This document shows, piece after piece, positions 27,110 to 38,000 of a stretch of DNA of 64,000 nucleotides. Both the position numbers and the translations under genes were made by a program. Origin of the DNA: a virus. The number at the start of each line of letters is the position of its first letter. Position 1 is the first letter of the stretch. Location: the IMG/VR virus record IMGVR_UViG_3300042560_001826, positions 1-64,000 of that record, one strand, 5' to 3'. A model generated the notes under the pieces. That model saw only the letters and a list, made by a program, of their open reading frames with translations. It made no database searches and was not told the origin of the DNA.

Positions 27110-27424
27110 ATGGCAACAAATGACGATCTGTTCAATGGTAAGGAAATCCTTTTTGCTGATGGCAAGAAGCGAGTAGTTAAGCCGTTAACAATCAAGAACC
27201 TTCGTGAGTTTATGAAGGTTGCAAATGGAATGAAACAGAATGCTGAAGAGGGTGGAATGACGGATGAGGATATTGATAAGATGGTCACTGCAGCCTCTAT
27301 TGCCCTTAAGAAGGCAGATCCCGAGTTGGCAGCAAATAGAGATGCTCTTGAAGAAGTTCTTGACCTCGCAACTTTTGCGCAAGTCATGGCTGCTGCGATG
27401 GGGAATAACGACCCAAACTTGTAA
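27110..27424 (+). CDS. Tail assembly chaperone (gpG-like)
   Basis: Between tail tube and tape measure; ends at slippery site. Confidence 0.85.
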   Translation: MATNDDLFNGKEILFADGKKRVVKPLTIKNLREFMKVANGMKQNAEEGGMTDEDIDKMVTAASIALKKADPELAANRDALEEVLDLATFAQVMAAAMGNNDPNL

Positions 27425-27780
27425 ATGGGGAAGGTGATGAGCTAGGTGAAGATCTAGCTTGGGAAGAATTACCTCTCCTCAAATATGAATCAGAAGTCTT
27501 TGTTCGGGTTGGCGCTTGGATAAGCCTAGAGCAATTAGAAGAATCTCTTATACTACGTGAATTGTTTATATTGCATCGTGCATGTAGTCATGAATTTATG
27601 CAAAACCTCAAGGCGTTAGCCTATTCGCAGGGTGCAGAAGATGTTGACTTTGAGGAAGATTGGTATGATGCACCAGTTACAACAAAAGATGAGAGAGTTA
27701 TGCGAATGCATGATCTTCCTAGCTTTGCAGCAAGTGGTCTATCCTTAGGATACGAGTCAGCATCTCAACAAAATCAATGA
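27110..27780 (+). CDS. Tail assembly chaperone gpGT-like -1 frameshift product
   Basis: In-frame heptamer C CCA AAC at 27412-27418; -1 frame is open from 27418 (LVNGEGDELGEDLAWEELPLL...) into ORF 27562..27780. Confidence 0.8.
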
Positions 27781-27828
27781 TTTTATTGCTTTTTTTGATA
27801 TCAAGTGTAATAATTATGTTGGTGAATT

Positions 27829-30800
27829 ATGTCTGATGTCGATATTATAATACAAGTACACACACAGGGTGTGCAGCAGATCGGCAATCTAAGCGCCTCT
27901 CTTAGAAATCTTACAGCTACATTACGCGGCATTAATGTGCCGATGTCTAAACTTGATGCTCAGACAAGGGCTGTCCATAAGGCTCTTGGTATTACATCTC
28001 GTGGTGTAGATCAACATGCTAAATCAATTAAGGGGTTAATACAAAATCAAAAAGTTCTTGGAATTGAGCAAAAAAGAATTGTAACTGATTTAAATGCATT
28101 AAGAACTGCATATGTATTAGCCGGTAAAGAAACAACAGAATTAGGGCGTTCAATTGGAGTTACTACAAGAGAATTGCAGGCATTCTCTAAAACATTTAGA
28201 GGCATGCGATTAAGGGCAATTGGATCAGATTTTGCAAATATTTCTTTAAGAATGTCCAAGCTTGGTAAGGATGCTCAATTCGTTGGTAGAAGCTTACTTA
28301 TTAACCTGACATTACCATTGGCGGCGTTTGCTAGAACTGGGTTGCAAACATTCAAAGAAGTTGATACTCAGTTAACAAGATTAACAAAGGTTATGGAAGA
28401 TGTCGCCCCAACCTTAGATATTGCAGCTCAAAAAATTACAGGTCTCAAAGATGCAAAATTTGGAGACTTAATAAAACCACAAGATATTCAGAATGCCAGA
28501 TTGTTTGTTAAAAACTTTAATGATTTAAATACAGCATTAACGCAAATGTCATTGCAGTTTGGTGTTGCTAAGCAAATGGTTGTATCTATTGGTGCAGATT
28601 TTGCGGAATTAGGTGTTACATCTCAAGATAATATTGAAAATCTTACCAAGATGACACTGCAGTTAGAAAAACTTGGCACAATGGATATTAAAGGTGCTCA
28701 AGATCTTACTCAGGCTTTATATTTCCAATCAAAGAGAGCTCTTGAGGCAAATGGAGCTTTTGATTCACTAACAACAGCAAGAGAAAGAGAATCTAGAGCT
28801 CTTGAAGCAGCAAGAGCGCAAATGCTTTTATTCAATGCAATTGAAAATGCAACCGCATTGACATTAAGAGACCTTGGCGATGCATTGCCGGAAGTCGGTT
28901 CAATGGCAACCAGCTTTGGTATATCAATGACAGAAGCAGCAGCATTGCTTGCTCCGATGAAAGCCGCCGGTCTTGATATTGGCGCATCTTCAAACTCAAT
29001 TAAGGTTTCGCTTCAAAGATTATTAGCTCCAACTAAACAAAATTCTGACATGATTAATAAACTTGCCAAAGAGTACGGAGTTCTTGGTGATGCTCAAAAT
29101 GACTTTACTCTTTCTACGAAAACTGGTCTTATTGGTTTAGATGCTACAGTTAAAATGTTTAGAGCAATTTTGAAATCAAAAGCTGGACCAGAAGGTGCTC
29201 TTAGATTGATGTCTGATTTGTTTGAAAAGCGTCAAGGTCCAAGAATGTATCTAGCAATTGAACAGCTTGATTTATTCAATAGAGAGCTTGAAAAAACTGC
29301 GAGCTTCCTGGGCAAAGTTCCGCCAGCTGGAGCCTCAGCAGAAATTCAATTAGCACAAGTGGCAGACAACGCGGCAAAAAGTTTTGTTAATTTTAATTCA
29401 ACAATCGTTCCAAAAACAATAAGATCATTTAAAGATATTGGAAATGTTGCAAGAATAGCAACAGCAACTGCTGGTCAAAAAATTGAAATTGAACCCGGTA
29501 AAGAGCTAATTATTCAGCCTCAAGATATTAAGAATGCTCAAGCTATGAGAAAAGCAGTTGGAGATTTTGTCGTTAAGAAAAAACAGGCTGAGGGCATAGA
29601 TATTATTTCAGAAGTTAAAACAGAGACCGGCAGAGCATTAATGATTCAACTTGCTGGTGGTGCAAATGCTGCAGTATTAGCCCAGGCTGAATTGGATAGA
29701 TCTCTTTTAACAACATCAGCAAGTATTGAAAAAATTAAAAATGCATTTAAATTGTTTGCAGCGGATCTAATTTCTCGCCTTGCTCCAGCAATTGAGGCTA
29801 TTTCTGAAAAAGTTGTTAAAATGTATGAAACGTGGATGTCTCCACAATTTGAAGAAACAAGAAAAAAAATTCTTGATTTAATAATTGCAGTCGGTAGCTT
29901 TTTAGGTAGCTTAGGTCCAGTAATTCTTGCAATGGGTACATTCCAAGCAGTTGTTGGCAAGGTTGGTCTTGGATTAGCAAGATTCTTTCCAAAATTAAAA
30001 AATCTTGATGGTGGTTTTGTTGGGCTAGGAAGAAGTGCTGAGCTTGCTACAACATCTATAAACAATTTTTACGAAAAATATATTAAAGGGGTTAAAGCTG
30101 CTACTAATCAAGCGAATATAGCAGCCCCATCAATATCAGCACTTGTTTCTGGTCAAATTTCTAAAGGGAAACAATTAATATCTACAGAAACTGCTCTTGG
30201 AACAATTAAAGCAAGAAGCTCTGCAATACAGGCGGCAAGAAACTTTGGTATTACTGATATTGCAAGTGGACCAAGTGCAATTCAGCAAAAAAATGTTATA
30301 TCAAAATATTTACAATCCAGACCAACAGCGACAAGATTGCCTAAATTAGCTACTCAGGCAGCATTTTATGGAATACCAGCATCATTTTATGATGGCGGTA
30401 TTTTAAGACCAGAAATTGAAAGTGCTTTTAGTACATATCAAGGGTTATCTCCATCTCAAAGATCAAGTATAATAAGCACTAGTAAAGCAAAAAATTTAGC
30501 AAAGAAACAAATTCAAGCAGTGCAGGCTTTTCAAACAGTCCAGCCAATTTTTGCGGCAAAAGGTGTTGGTATTTCTCAGCAAATATCTGATACTGGTCAA
30601 GTTGGAGCAATGCGTTATGCATTCCGAGATAGAGAAATTACTACAAAACAAGCAAGAGGGATTGCTCGTGGCGGTATGCGTGGAGTTGTTTCTCGTATTG
30701 GAATTGGTGCAGATGTCGCTAGAGCAGGAATTGGGGATGGGGTAGCAAGGGCAAGAGGTGTAATGGCAACAGTAAGAACTGCTGCCGCCGCTGCTCCATC

Positions 30801-33564
30801 AACTGGCGCTGGTGTCGTTTCTGGAATGAAGGCTGGGACTGTAGCAATTCTTGCTCAAACAAGAGCTTGGCAGGCAGCAACTGGTGCAACTAGGGCGTAT
30901 GTTGCACAAACAATGGCTTTAGGCGGAACTCCCACATTGATGGGCAGGATATCTGCAGCAATTGCTGGATTGACAAAGAGTACAAGGATTGCAACAATTG
31001 CAGCAAAGATATTTAAAACAACACTTCTATTTACTGGAGTTGGGGCAATTATTGCTGGTATTGCTGCTGTTGTATTCCTTGTCATTAAGAATATGGATAA
31101 GATTAGAGGCGCTACAAAAGCTTGGGATGCGCTAAAGAGAGCGTTTGGTCTTATTAAAGATGCTGCTATGGAAGTCATTAGGCCAATTCAAGATCTCTTT
31201 GCTGAATTTGGTAGTGGCAAAGATGGTGCTGAAGCCGCTGGTGCTGGCATCGCAAATGTATTTACTGGGATAGCAAAAGCAGTTGAGTTTGTTGCCGGCA
31301 TGATTAAGATCTTTGTTCAGAAAGTTATCCAACCGTATTTGTATGGCATTATAAATATTGTAATGGCTGTTGTAAGCATATTCAAGGGTAATTGGGGCGA
31401 TGCATTTAAATTCTTAATTGCCGGGGTTGCCTCAGTTGCTAAAGGTGTTATTAATCTATTCGTTGAAATGGGTGTGGGGATTGTTAAGGTTATTGTTGCT
31501 GCCATTAGCAAGGTACTTGATGCTTTTGGTGAAATTCCAATTGTTGGAAAAGTATTTAATATGGCAAAAGGTGGTTTGCAAGCAATAAGTAATCTCGCAA
31601 CTAGCGCAATGAAAGGCGTTGCTGGGAAGATCACTGGAGCTCTTGATAAGGCGGCATCGCTTGGTATTAAGAAATCCACTAATGCAATTAAGCTTGGTGG
31701 TACTGCATTAGCACAAACAGCCACTGATGTTGGAGAAGCAGGTAATGAAGCTATCACTAGCGCTCTTGGCAATACTGATGGCGTTGAAGACGCAATGGAT
31801 AGAATTAAAAATAAGATTAAAGAGGGTTTAAGTGATGCTGCACAGAAACTATATGATTTCTTGGTTGATAGATTATCTGATTCTATAAAGAAATTTGTTT
31901 CTGAATCAACAAAAGCTCTTAATAAACAAAAAGAATCTGCATTGAAAGTGTTTGATGTTCAAATTAGAACATTGATGAAACTTGAACAGGCTGAAGAATC
32001 TCTTACCAGAACAAAAGAATACGAAACAAATCGCAGAAAGCTAATTGATGATGCAAGTCTAAGACAAGAACAGTATAGAAGAAATAGAGCTCTTGCTATA
32101 TATGAAGGCCGAATTGATGATGCTAGACTTATGGATCTTGAAGAAATTAATGCTTCAAGAGACTCTAGTAGAGAACTTGCATCCCTTGATGAATCAAGAA
32201 GAAAGGAATTAGCAAAAGAAAATCTTGATGCATTGAGAGCAGCAATTGAGGAAGCTAAAGAGCTTGCCGGAAGATTTTTTGATGAATCGCTTGAAAAATT
32301 CCAAAACGCTGCAGAGTATATCACTCGCATTGCACCAGTTACAATGGAGCAGTATTCTGCTCAACTGGAGCAGTTAAGAGCTCTTACGACACAATATTCT
32401 GATACAAATAATCTTGAGTTTGGCAAAATGTTTGAAAAGTTCAGTACAACGATTACTGATCGTATGCCAAATACTATTGATGATTTTGGCAATGCAATTG
32501 GTGGATTCAGCGAACCCCTTGATAAATTAGTTAATCTTGCTCAGCAAAAATATGGTCTGGGTTCGGATGCAGAAAATACATTCCTTGGCGTTACTAAAAA
32601 ACTTTCTGATTCAGTTATCGGGGTTACTCTTGGAATGCTTGTTGACATGGGTGGCAAGTTTGAAACTGAAGCTCCAGGCGTTGTTGAAAAATATGGTGAA
32701 ATAACTGGTGGTATTAAAGGTGGAACAGATACATTTAAGACAGAAGTTCTAAGCGTATTCGCAGCTCTATTGTCTGAAGTTAAAACAACGTTTATTACAC
32801 CTTTTAAAGCTGCTTTTGATGCTTCCGATCCAACAAGTGTATATAACCAAGCAATTGCTGATGGCAATGAGACAATCAAGAGGGAGTTTGAGAAAACACT
32901 TAAGTATAATAAAAGTTTGGCAAAAAAGATGGAAGATGCTCTTGATCCTGCAGTTAAGAAATGGATTGAATTGAAAGCTGCTATTGATGACGCTGCGGAA
33001 TCAGCAAAGAATGCAGGCGGTGGTGGTGGAATGGGAGATATTCCAAAGACTGGCGGATATGTCGTTACTCCATATGGTGCAATGCCAACAAGTACGCCTG
33101 GGATTAGAACAATTCTTGAGACTTCAAGGTTAGCAACAAGAGGTGGTGTTGGTGTAAAAATCACCAGTAGAAAAGCCGGTGGAACAATTCCAGGCTCAAT
33201 CAATACGGCTGTTCCAGCAATTCTACACGGTGGCGAATTTGTTCTTAATGCAGCAGCGGTCAAGAGAATTGGTGTTGCAACATTAATGAAATTAAATAAT
33301 TATCAAATTCCACAGTATAAGATGGGAGGTTATGTTCCGTCAAGATTTAGCACTCCTCGCTCCTCCACTCCATCGGTCGGAGGTGTAGCAGTTAATAGCG
33401 TTAGTACGGTCAATATTCAAGTTGAAAACTTTATTGGCCAAGAAGAATGGTTTAAGTCAATGATGAAAGAATACAATATTAATGTTGTTCCGAGAAATCA
33501 AAAAGCCGCCGGTCTTGAATCCAGAACATTCACAAGCTATAGCGGTATTAATCAGGGATTATAA
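27829..33564 (+). CDS. Tape measure protein
   Basis: 1911 aa, Ala/Gly-rich helical with central hydrophobic stretch; follows chaperones; C-terminal LHGGEFVL motif. Confidence 0.93.
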   Translation: MSDVDIIIQVHTQGVQQIGNLSASLRNLTATLRGINVPMSKLDAQTRAVHKALGITSRGVDQHAKSIKGLIQNQKVLGIEQKRIVTDLNALRTAYVLAGKETTELGRSIGVTTRELQAFSKTFRGMRLRAIGSDFANISLRMSKLGKDAQFVGRSLLINLTLPLAAFARTGLQTFKEVDTQLTRLTKVMEDVAPTLDIAAQKITGLKDAKFGDLIKPQDIQNARLFVKNFNDLNTALTQMSLQFGVAKQMVVSIGADFAELGVTSQDNIENLTKMTLQLEKLGTMDIKGAQDLTQALYFQSKRALEANGAFDSLTTARERESRALEAARAQMLLFNAIENATALTLRDLGDALPEVGSMATSFGISMTEAAALLAPMKAAGLDIGASSNSIKVSLQRLLAPTKQNSDMINKLAKEYGVLGDAQNDFTLSTKTGLIGLDATVKMFRAILKSKAGPEGALRLMSDLFEKRQGPRMYLAIEQLDLFNRELEKTASFLGKVPPAGASAEIQLAQVADNAAKSFVNFNSTIVPKTIRSFKDIGNVARIATATAGQKIEIEPGKELIIQPQDIKNAQAMRKAVGDFVVKKKQAEGIDIISEVKTETGRALMIQLAGGANAAVLAQAELDRSLLTTSASIEKIKNAFKLFAADLISRLAPAIEAISEKVVKMYETWMSPQFEETRKKILDLIIAVGSFLGSLGPVILAMGTFQAVVGKVGLGLARFFPKLKNLDGGFVGLGRSAELATTSINNFYEKYIKGVKAATNQANIAAPSISALVSGQISKGKQLISTETALGTIKARSSAIQAARNFGITDIASGPSAIQQKNVISKYLQSRPTATRLPKLATQAAFYGIPASFYDGGILRPEIESAFSTYQGLSPSQRSSIISTSKAKNLAKKQIQAVQAFQTVQPIFAAKGVGISQQISDTGQVGAMRYAFRDREITTKQARGIARGGMRGVVSRIGIGADVARAGIGDGVARARGVMATVRTAAAAAPSTGAGVVSGMKAGTVAILAQTRAWQAATGATRAYVAQTMALGGTPTLMGRISAAIAGLTKSTRIATIAAKIFKTTLLFTGVGAIIAGIAAVVFLVIKNMDKIRGATKAWDALKRAFGLIKDAAMEVIRPIQDLFAEFGSGKDGAEAAGAGIANVFTGIAKAVEFVAGMIKIFVQKVIQPYLYGIINIVMAVVSIFKGNWGDAFKFLIAGVASVAKGVINLFVEMGVGIVKVIVAAISKVLDAFGEIPIVGKVFNMAKGGLQAISNLATSAMKGVAGKITGALDKAASLGIKKSTNAIKLGGTALAQTATDVGEAGNEAITSALGNTDGVEDAMDRIKNKIKEGLSDAAQKLYDFLVDRLSDSIKKFVSESTKALNKQKESALKVFDVQIRTLMKLEQAEESLTRTKEYETNRRKLIDDASLRQEQYRRNRALAIYEGRIDDARLMDLEEINASRDSSRELASLDESRRKELAKENLDALRAAIEEAKELAGRFFDESLEKFQNAAEYITRIAPVTMEQYSAQLEQLRALTTQYSDTNNLEFGKMFEKFSTTITDRMPNTIDDFGNAIGGFSEPLDKLVNLAQQKYGLGSDAENTFLGVTKKLSDSVIGVTLGMLVDMGGKFETEAPGVVEKYGEITGGIKGGTDTFKTEVLSVFAALLSEVKTTFITPFKAAFDASDPTSVYNQAIADGNETIKREFEKTLKYNKSLAKKMEDALDPAVKKWIELKAAIDDAAESAKNAGGGGGMGDIPKTGGYVVTPYGAMPTSTPGIRTILETSRLATRGGVGVKITSRKAGGTIPGSINTAVPAILHGGEFVLNAAAVKRIGVATLMKLNNYQIPQYKMGGYVPSRFSTPRSSTPSVGGVAVNSVSTVNIQVENFIGQEEWFKSMMKEYNINVVPRNQKAAGLESRTFTSYSGINQGL

Positions 33565-33980
33565 TGGCTATACAGAATCAGCAAACGGGAATTACACATT
33601 TAGTCGTTTTAAATGGCGAAGAGATTACTGAGCATAATCGTATTTTTGATGGCGGATTTAAAATCAATTCAGAATCTGTTGAACTAGCAAATGGTAACAA
33701 AAGAAGATTTATTAAAAATAATAAAAACTCATATAGTTTATCTTTTCAATATCTTCCAAACTCTCATACGGAAACAATTGATGGAAGAAAAGCAAGAGAT
33801 TATTTACTGCAGCTGGCAAGAACTCCATCCAGCTTATCTTTATCAATAAAACTTGATCCGTCTGAACCGTTTTATAATACGACAGTATATGTTGATTCTT
33901 ATACCGAAACACTTATTCGCCGGGATATCCCGAATCAATGTGCGTATTATAATGTCAATATGAATTTAATTGAGGCATAA
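33564..33980 (+). CDS. Distal tail (Dit-like) protein
   Basis: Directly follows TMP; paralogous to C-terminal domain of next gene. Confidence 0.65.
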   Translation: MAIQNQQTGITHLVVLNGEEITEHNRIFDGGFKINSESVELANGNKRRFIKNNKNSYSLSFQYLPNSHTETIDGRKARDYLLQLARTPSSLSLSIKLDPSEPFYNTTVYVDSYTETLIRRDIPNQCAYYNVNMNLIEA

Positions 33981-33982
33981 AT

Positions 33983-35053
33983 ATGTCATCTAATAGCATC
34001 TTTAGTTTCTCAGATCCATTTTCTAGCGGCATAGATTTCTTTACCCCAGATGATTATCGCACAATAGCTACATCAATTCAAATTGAATCTAATCTTGTTG
34101 TGCAATTCCAAAAAACTGCGTTTAGTTCAGTGCAAATTGATGCAAATTCCAATGCTTCTATAACAATAACAAAAATTGCTTTTGCCTCAGCAAATATAAT
34201 TTGCGATGGGGCTACATTAACATTAGGAACAAGAATTAAGCTTGCAGAGTGTTCAATATCAGCAACATCAAATCTAACAGTGTCTGCTGTAAAGACTGCA
34301 CTATCGCAAGTCGCAATTCAAGCAAATTCAAATCTCACGACATCACTACTTAAGACAGCTTTGGGATCTGTATTAATAACAGCAGAATCTAATGCAACTG
34401 TAGTAGCAACCAAGATTGCTTCTGGTGCTTCTGTAATATCAGCAACATCAAATCTTACAGCGCTTGCAAGACTAATTAGGTTTGCAAGCTCTTCAATAAG
34501 TGGCAATGTAAATCTTACAGTTGCTGGAGATATTATTCTTGTCACTGCAAGGATTGAAATATTTAATAATACAAATATTACTGCTCAAGCAATAAGATTT
34601 AGTAATTCTATAACTGCTGACTTTAGCCTTATTAGAACACTTCTAATGCTTGATGGTGTACCGCTTACAAACCAAAATAGACAACTTGATGTTGCAGTTG
34701 CTCCCGTTTATATAGAAAATAATAATTGGCAGGGCGATACATCAAGATATTATAAAAATACTAGCGCACTCGCTGGCGGGAAGAGAACATTCAATCTTCA
34801 GTGGAGATTTATACCAAATTATGAAAATAAAACCGTTGATTTAAAAGCTTCTCGTAACTATATTAAGAAAAAGTCAAAAGACGGTGATGTTCATACATTA
34901 ACTATAGTGAAGCAAGACGAGAGTGGAACAACTCCATATACAGAAGAGGCTATAGATGTATTTATAACTAATTATTCAGAGAATCTTATAAGAAGAGACT
35001 TGATTGATGATGTATACTATTTTGATTGCTCACTTTCACTTGAGGAGGTCTGA
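33983..35053 (+). CDS. Minor tail protein: ~20-aa repeats plus C-terminal Dit-like paralog
   Basis: Repeats I.A.SNLT....K.A..; C-terminal PN...T.D....R.Y...Y.E.LIRRD shared with 33564. Confidence 0.7.
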   Translation: MSSNSIFSFSDPFSSGIDFFTPDDYRTIATSIQIESNLVVQFQKTAFSSVQIDANSNASITITKIAFASANIICDGATLTLGTRIKLAECSISATSNLTVSAVKTALSQVAIQANSNLTTSLLKTALGSVLITAESNATVVATKIASGASVISATSNLTALARLIRFASSSISGNVNLTVAGDIILVTARIEIFNNTNITAQAIRFSNSITADFSLIRTLLMLDGVPLTNQNRQLDVAVAPVYIENNNWQGDTSRYYKNTSALAGGKRTFNLQWRFIPNYENKTVDLKASRNYIKKKSKDGDVHTLTIVKQDESGTTPYTEEAIDVFITNYSENLIRRDLIDDVYYFDCSLSLEEV

Positions 35054-38000
35054 TGATTACAATTGATCAATATAGTAAAGACCTGTCCTCAGACTTTAAT
35101 ACAGCTATTGCCGCCAAAGCGCAAAAAATTAAGCCAAAAGTAGTGGTGACTTGGCTGGATAGTCGCCATCTGGATAACCTTGTCGTTACTACAAACAGTT
35201 CTCATGCAAATACATCGTACCCAGAAACCGGCTTCTATTTTTCAGCTTCAGAGGCTTTTAACGGGATTGAAAGGCAATCGTTTACATGGGGTGTAGCAGG
35301 CGCTAAGGACAGGGATGGCGATGTTATAAAGGCAGATGGCACTTGGCACACAATGCCATCTTTAATAACAACAGATCTCGCAAATACGCAGGTTGGCGGC
35401 AATTTAGAGTTCGGGTGGTGGTCGGCCAGTCAAAGCAATGCTTCTGTGCATGGCACATATTCTGGCTATGGATTTGTTACTGATCCATATATTGAGGCTA
35501 CTTTTACATCAAGAAAAGTTAATAAGATTAGAATTATTACATCTGAATACTATGGTCGGATAGCCAACTATACTATCTATGTTTATGATTCATCTAATAA
35601 TCTCGTCGTTTCATTTAGTGATTTAATACCAGCCAGTACATATTACAAGGATCATATTTTATCAGCAGCACTCTCTACACAGAATATAGCAAAAATAAGA
35701 GTCACTGTTCATAGTACTCGTAATCCATCTGATAATGCAAGAATTCAAGAAGTTATTCCACTTTATGAAGAGGATATGAGTGATTATGTAATTTCAATGT
35801 CTTTAAACAGAACTAGAGATATTCACGAGACAAGTTTACCTATTGGCGGGAGTGAAATGGGAACAGCGTCTGTTGAATTTGATAACACAACAAAAAAGTT
35901 TAATATCTTTGATAATAGCTCTCAATATGGTAAGTATTTAAAAAAGGAATTAAAAGTTGATATTTATTCTGGTTGGAGAATTAAAAAGCCATCTGATGAC
36001 TACATAGATAATATTTATCTTGATACATTTTTAACCGCTAATGCAAATTCAACAACAACAAGTTTAAGTGTAAATGATACATCAATATTTCCATCTGGTG
36101 GAGCTGGGAATCATTTTGTTGTAATTTTAGACAAAGATACACAATCTGAAGAATTGATTCTCTGCTCAGGCGTAACTTTGCCAAGCACCCTAAATGTCGT
36201 TCAGAGAGGGTATGCTGGCACAACTGCAAAATCCCATACTACTCAATCTTCTGTAAAATTTGAAGTTTATGAATATGTAAAAAATGGTACTTATTATATT
36301 GATGAATGGAATACAACATCTTCCTCAATGACAGTTGGTGCATCAATGCAAGACTGGACAAAGTATCTTGTTGAGAAGACAATTAAATACGGCTTCCTTT
36401 TACAAAATGCATATGTTGGAGATGCTGTTAAGAATTTATTGATGCGCTCCAATTTTCCACGAGCTGATATTGAAAAACTAAGTAAATATTCACAGGGTGC
36501 TATTGAAAGAGGTGCTATTGCTAGTTATTCATTTAAAGAAGAAACAATTGATAGAAGTGGAAATAATATTATTCCTTCAAATGGTCTTCGTGCAAGATTT
36601 TGGGGCATGCCATCAAATAAAAAAGACATATCTGTAAAAGATATTTTAGCTGATGCTCTTGATAGACAGCTAACTAAAATGGATCTAGCTCTTGGAGAAA
36701 CAAGATTTGTTAGCCCCTCATATGTTGCTCTATCTAAAAGTATATCTTCAAACTCATCTAACGCTATTCAATTGGTTGATTACTCATTCACTGGTGCCAA
36801 CGGCACCTCGTATTCAGATTATTATAATGGCGTTATTGATGGATATTATATTCCTTTAGCAAGCGGTAATCAAAATCTTGTTATATATATTACAGGCGGA
36901 GGTGTAAGATTATATCTTGATGATGCTTTGATTATAAATAAGTGGAATACTTATGAATCAAATACAAGATTGCAAAGTACAACAGTAAATCTTACCGCTG
37001 GAGTTCCAAGAAAAATAAGGCTAGAGTTTTATCACCCTTATAATAATGGCCCGACATCTAATTTTAGATTGGCTCTTTATAAAGTTGTTGGTGCTGGCGT
37101 TGATACACTTGTAACGGCAAATGAATGCACTACAATAGCAGCTTTTGATTCTATTGGTACAAAAAATGCTTCAAGCAACTTAACTGTTGCAGATGCATAT
37201 AATATGAGAAATAATGGCATTTATATAAATAATCCCAAGTTAAGTCAGCCAACTGGTTTAATATCTGAAACTCAAGATGGAGCCGTTTTATTAGAATCTA
37301 ATGCATATATTAGAATACCAATGCATGACAGTATTAATATTTCAAATGCAAATTCATCACTATATACTGGTAAATGGACAATTGAATTTTATGGGAAATT
37401 CAATACCGGTTCGTTTAGCTCAAATGGTGAATATATTAGCACTTGGGCTAATGGCACTCCAACAAGCGGATTTGAATTTTTTAACAATAGTTCGTCAAAC
37501 GGATTTAAAATAAGGACATTATCTAATTCTGTAGTAATTACAGAGACGGTTTCTTCAAATACTGCTCTTTCAAGTAACTCTTTTAATCACATAGTCGCAA
37601 CCTTTGATGGAACAAAGCTTTACTACTATGTAAATGGAGATCTCAAATCAAATACAACAATTGTTGGATCACAAATTGCTTTTGCTTCTGATATAACAAT
37701 CGGAGGTAGAGGAGCTTCATTTACTGCAAATGTTGGTGAAGTCGCACCATCAACCATAAGAACTTTCACCATTGACGAATTCCAAATTTATAATCAGACT
37801 CTCACACCTACTCAAATCAAAGATAGATATTCAGAATCTCAAATTCAGCCATTAACTAATTTTGCATTTTTGTATGGGAACAACTCTAGTTTAAAGCAAA
37901 TAATTGACGACATTACATTTGCAGATATCGGAAGGCTATATATTGATGAACTTGGAAAAGCAAAATATGAACATTTCTATAGATTCTTTGAAACATCAAT

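Noticed and set aside
32541-33263. 240-aa minus-strand ORF in the tape measure gene
   Set aside because: Antisense shadow of a long biased-codon gene with no supporting features.
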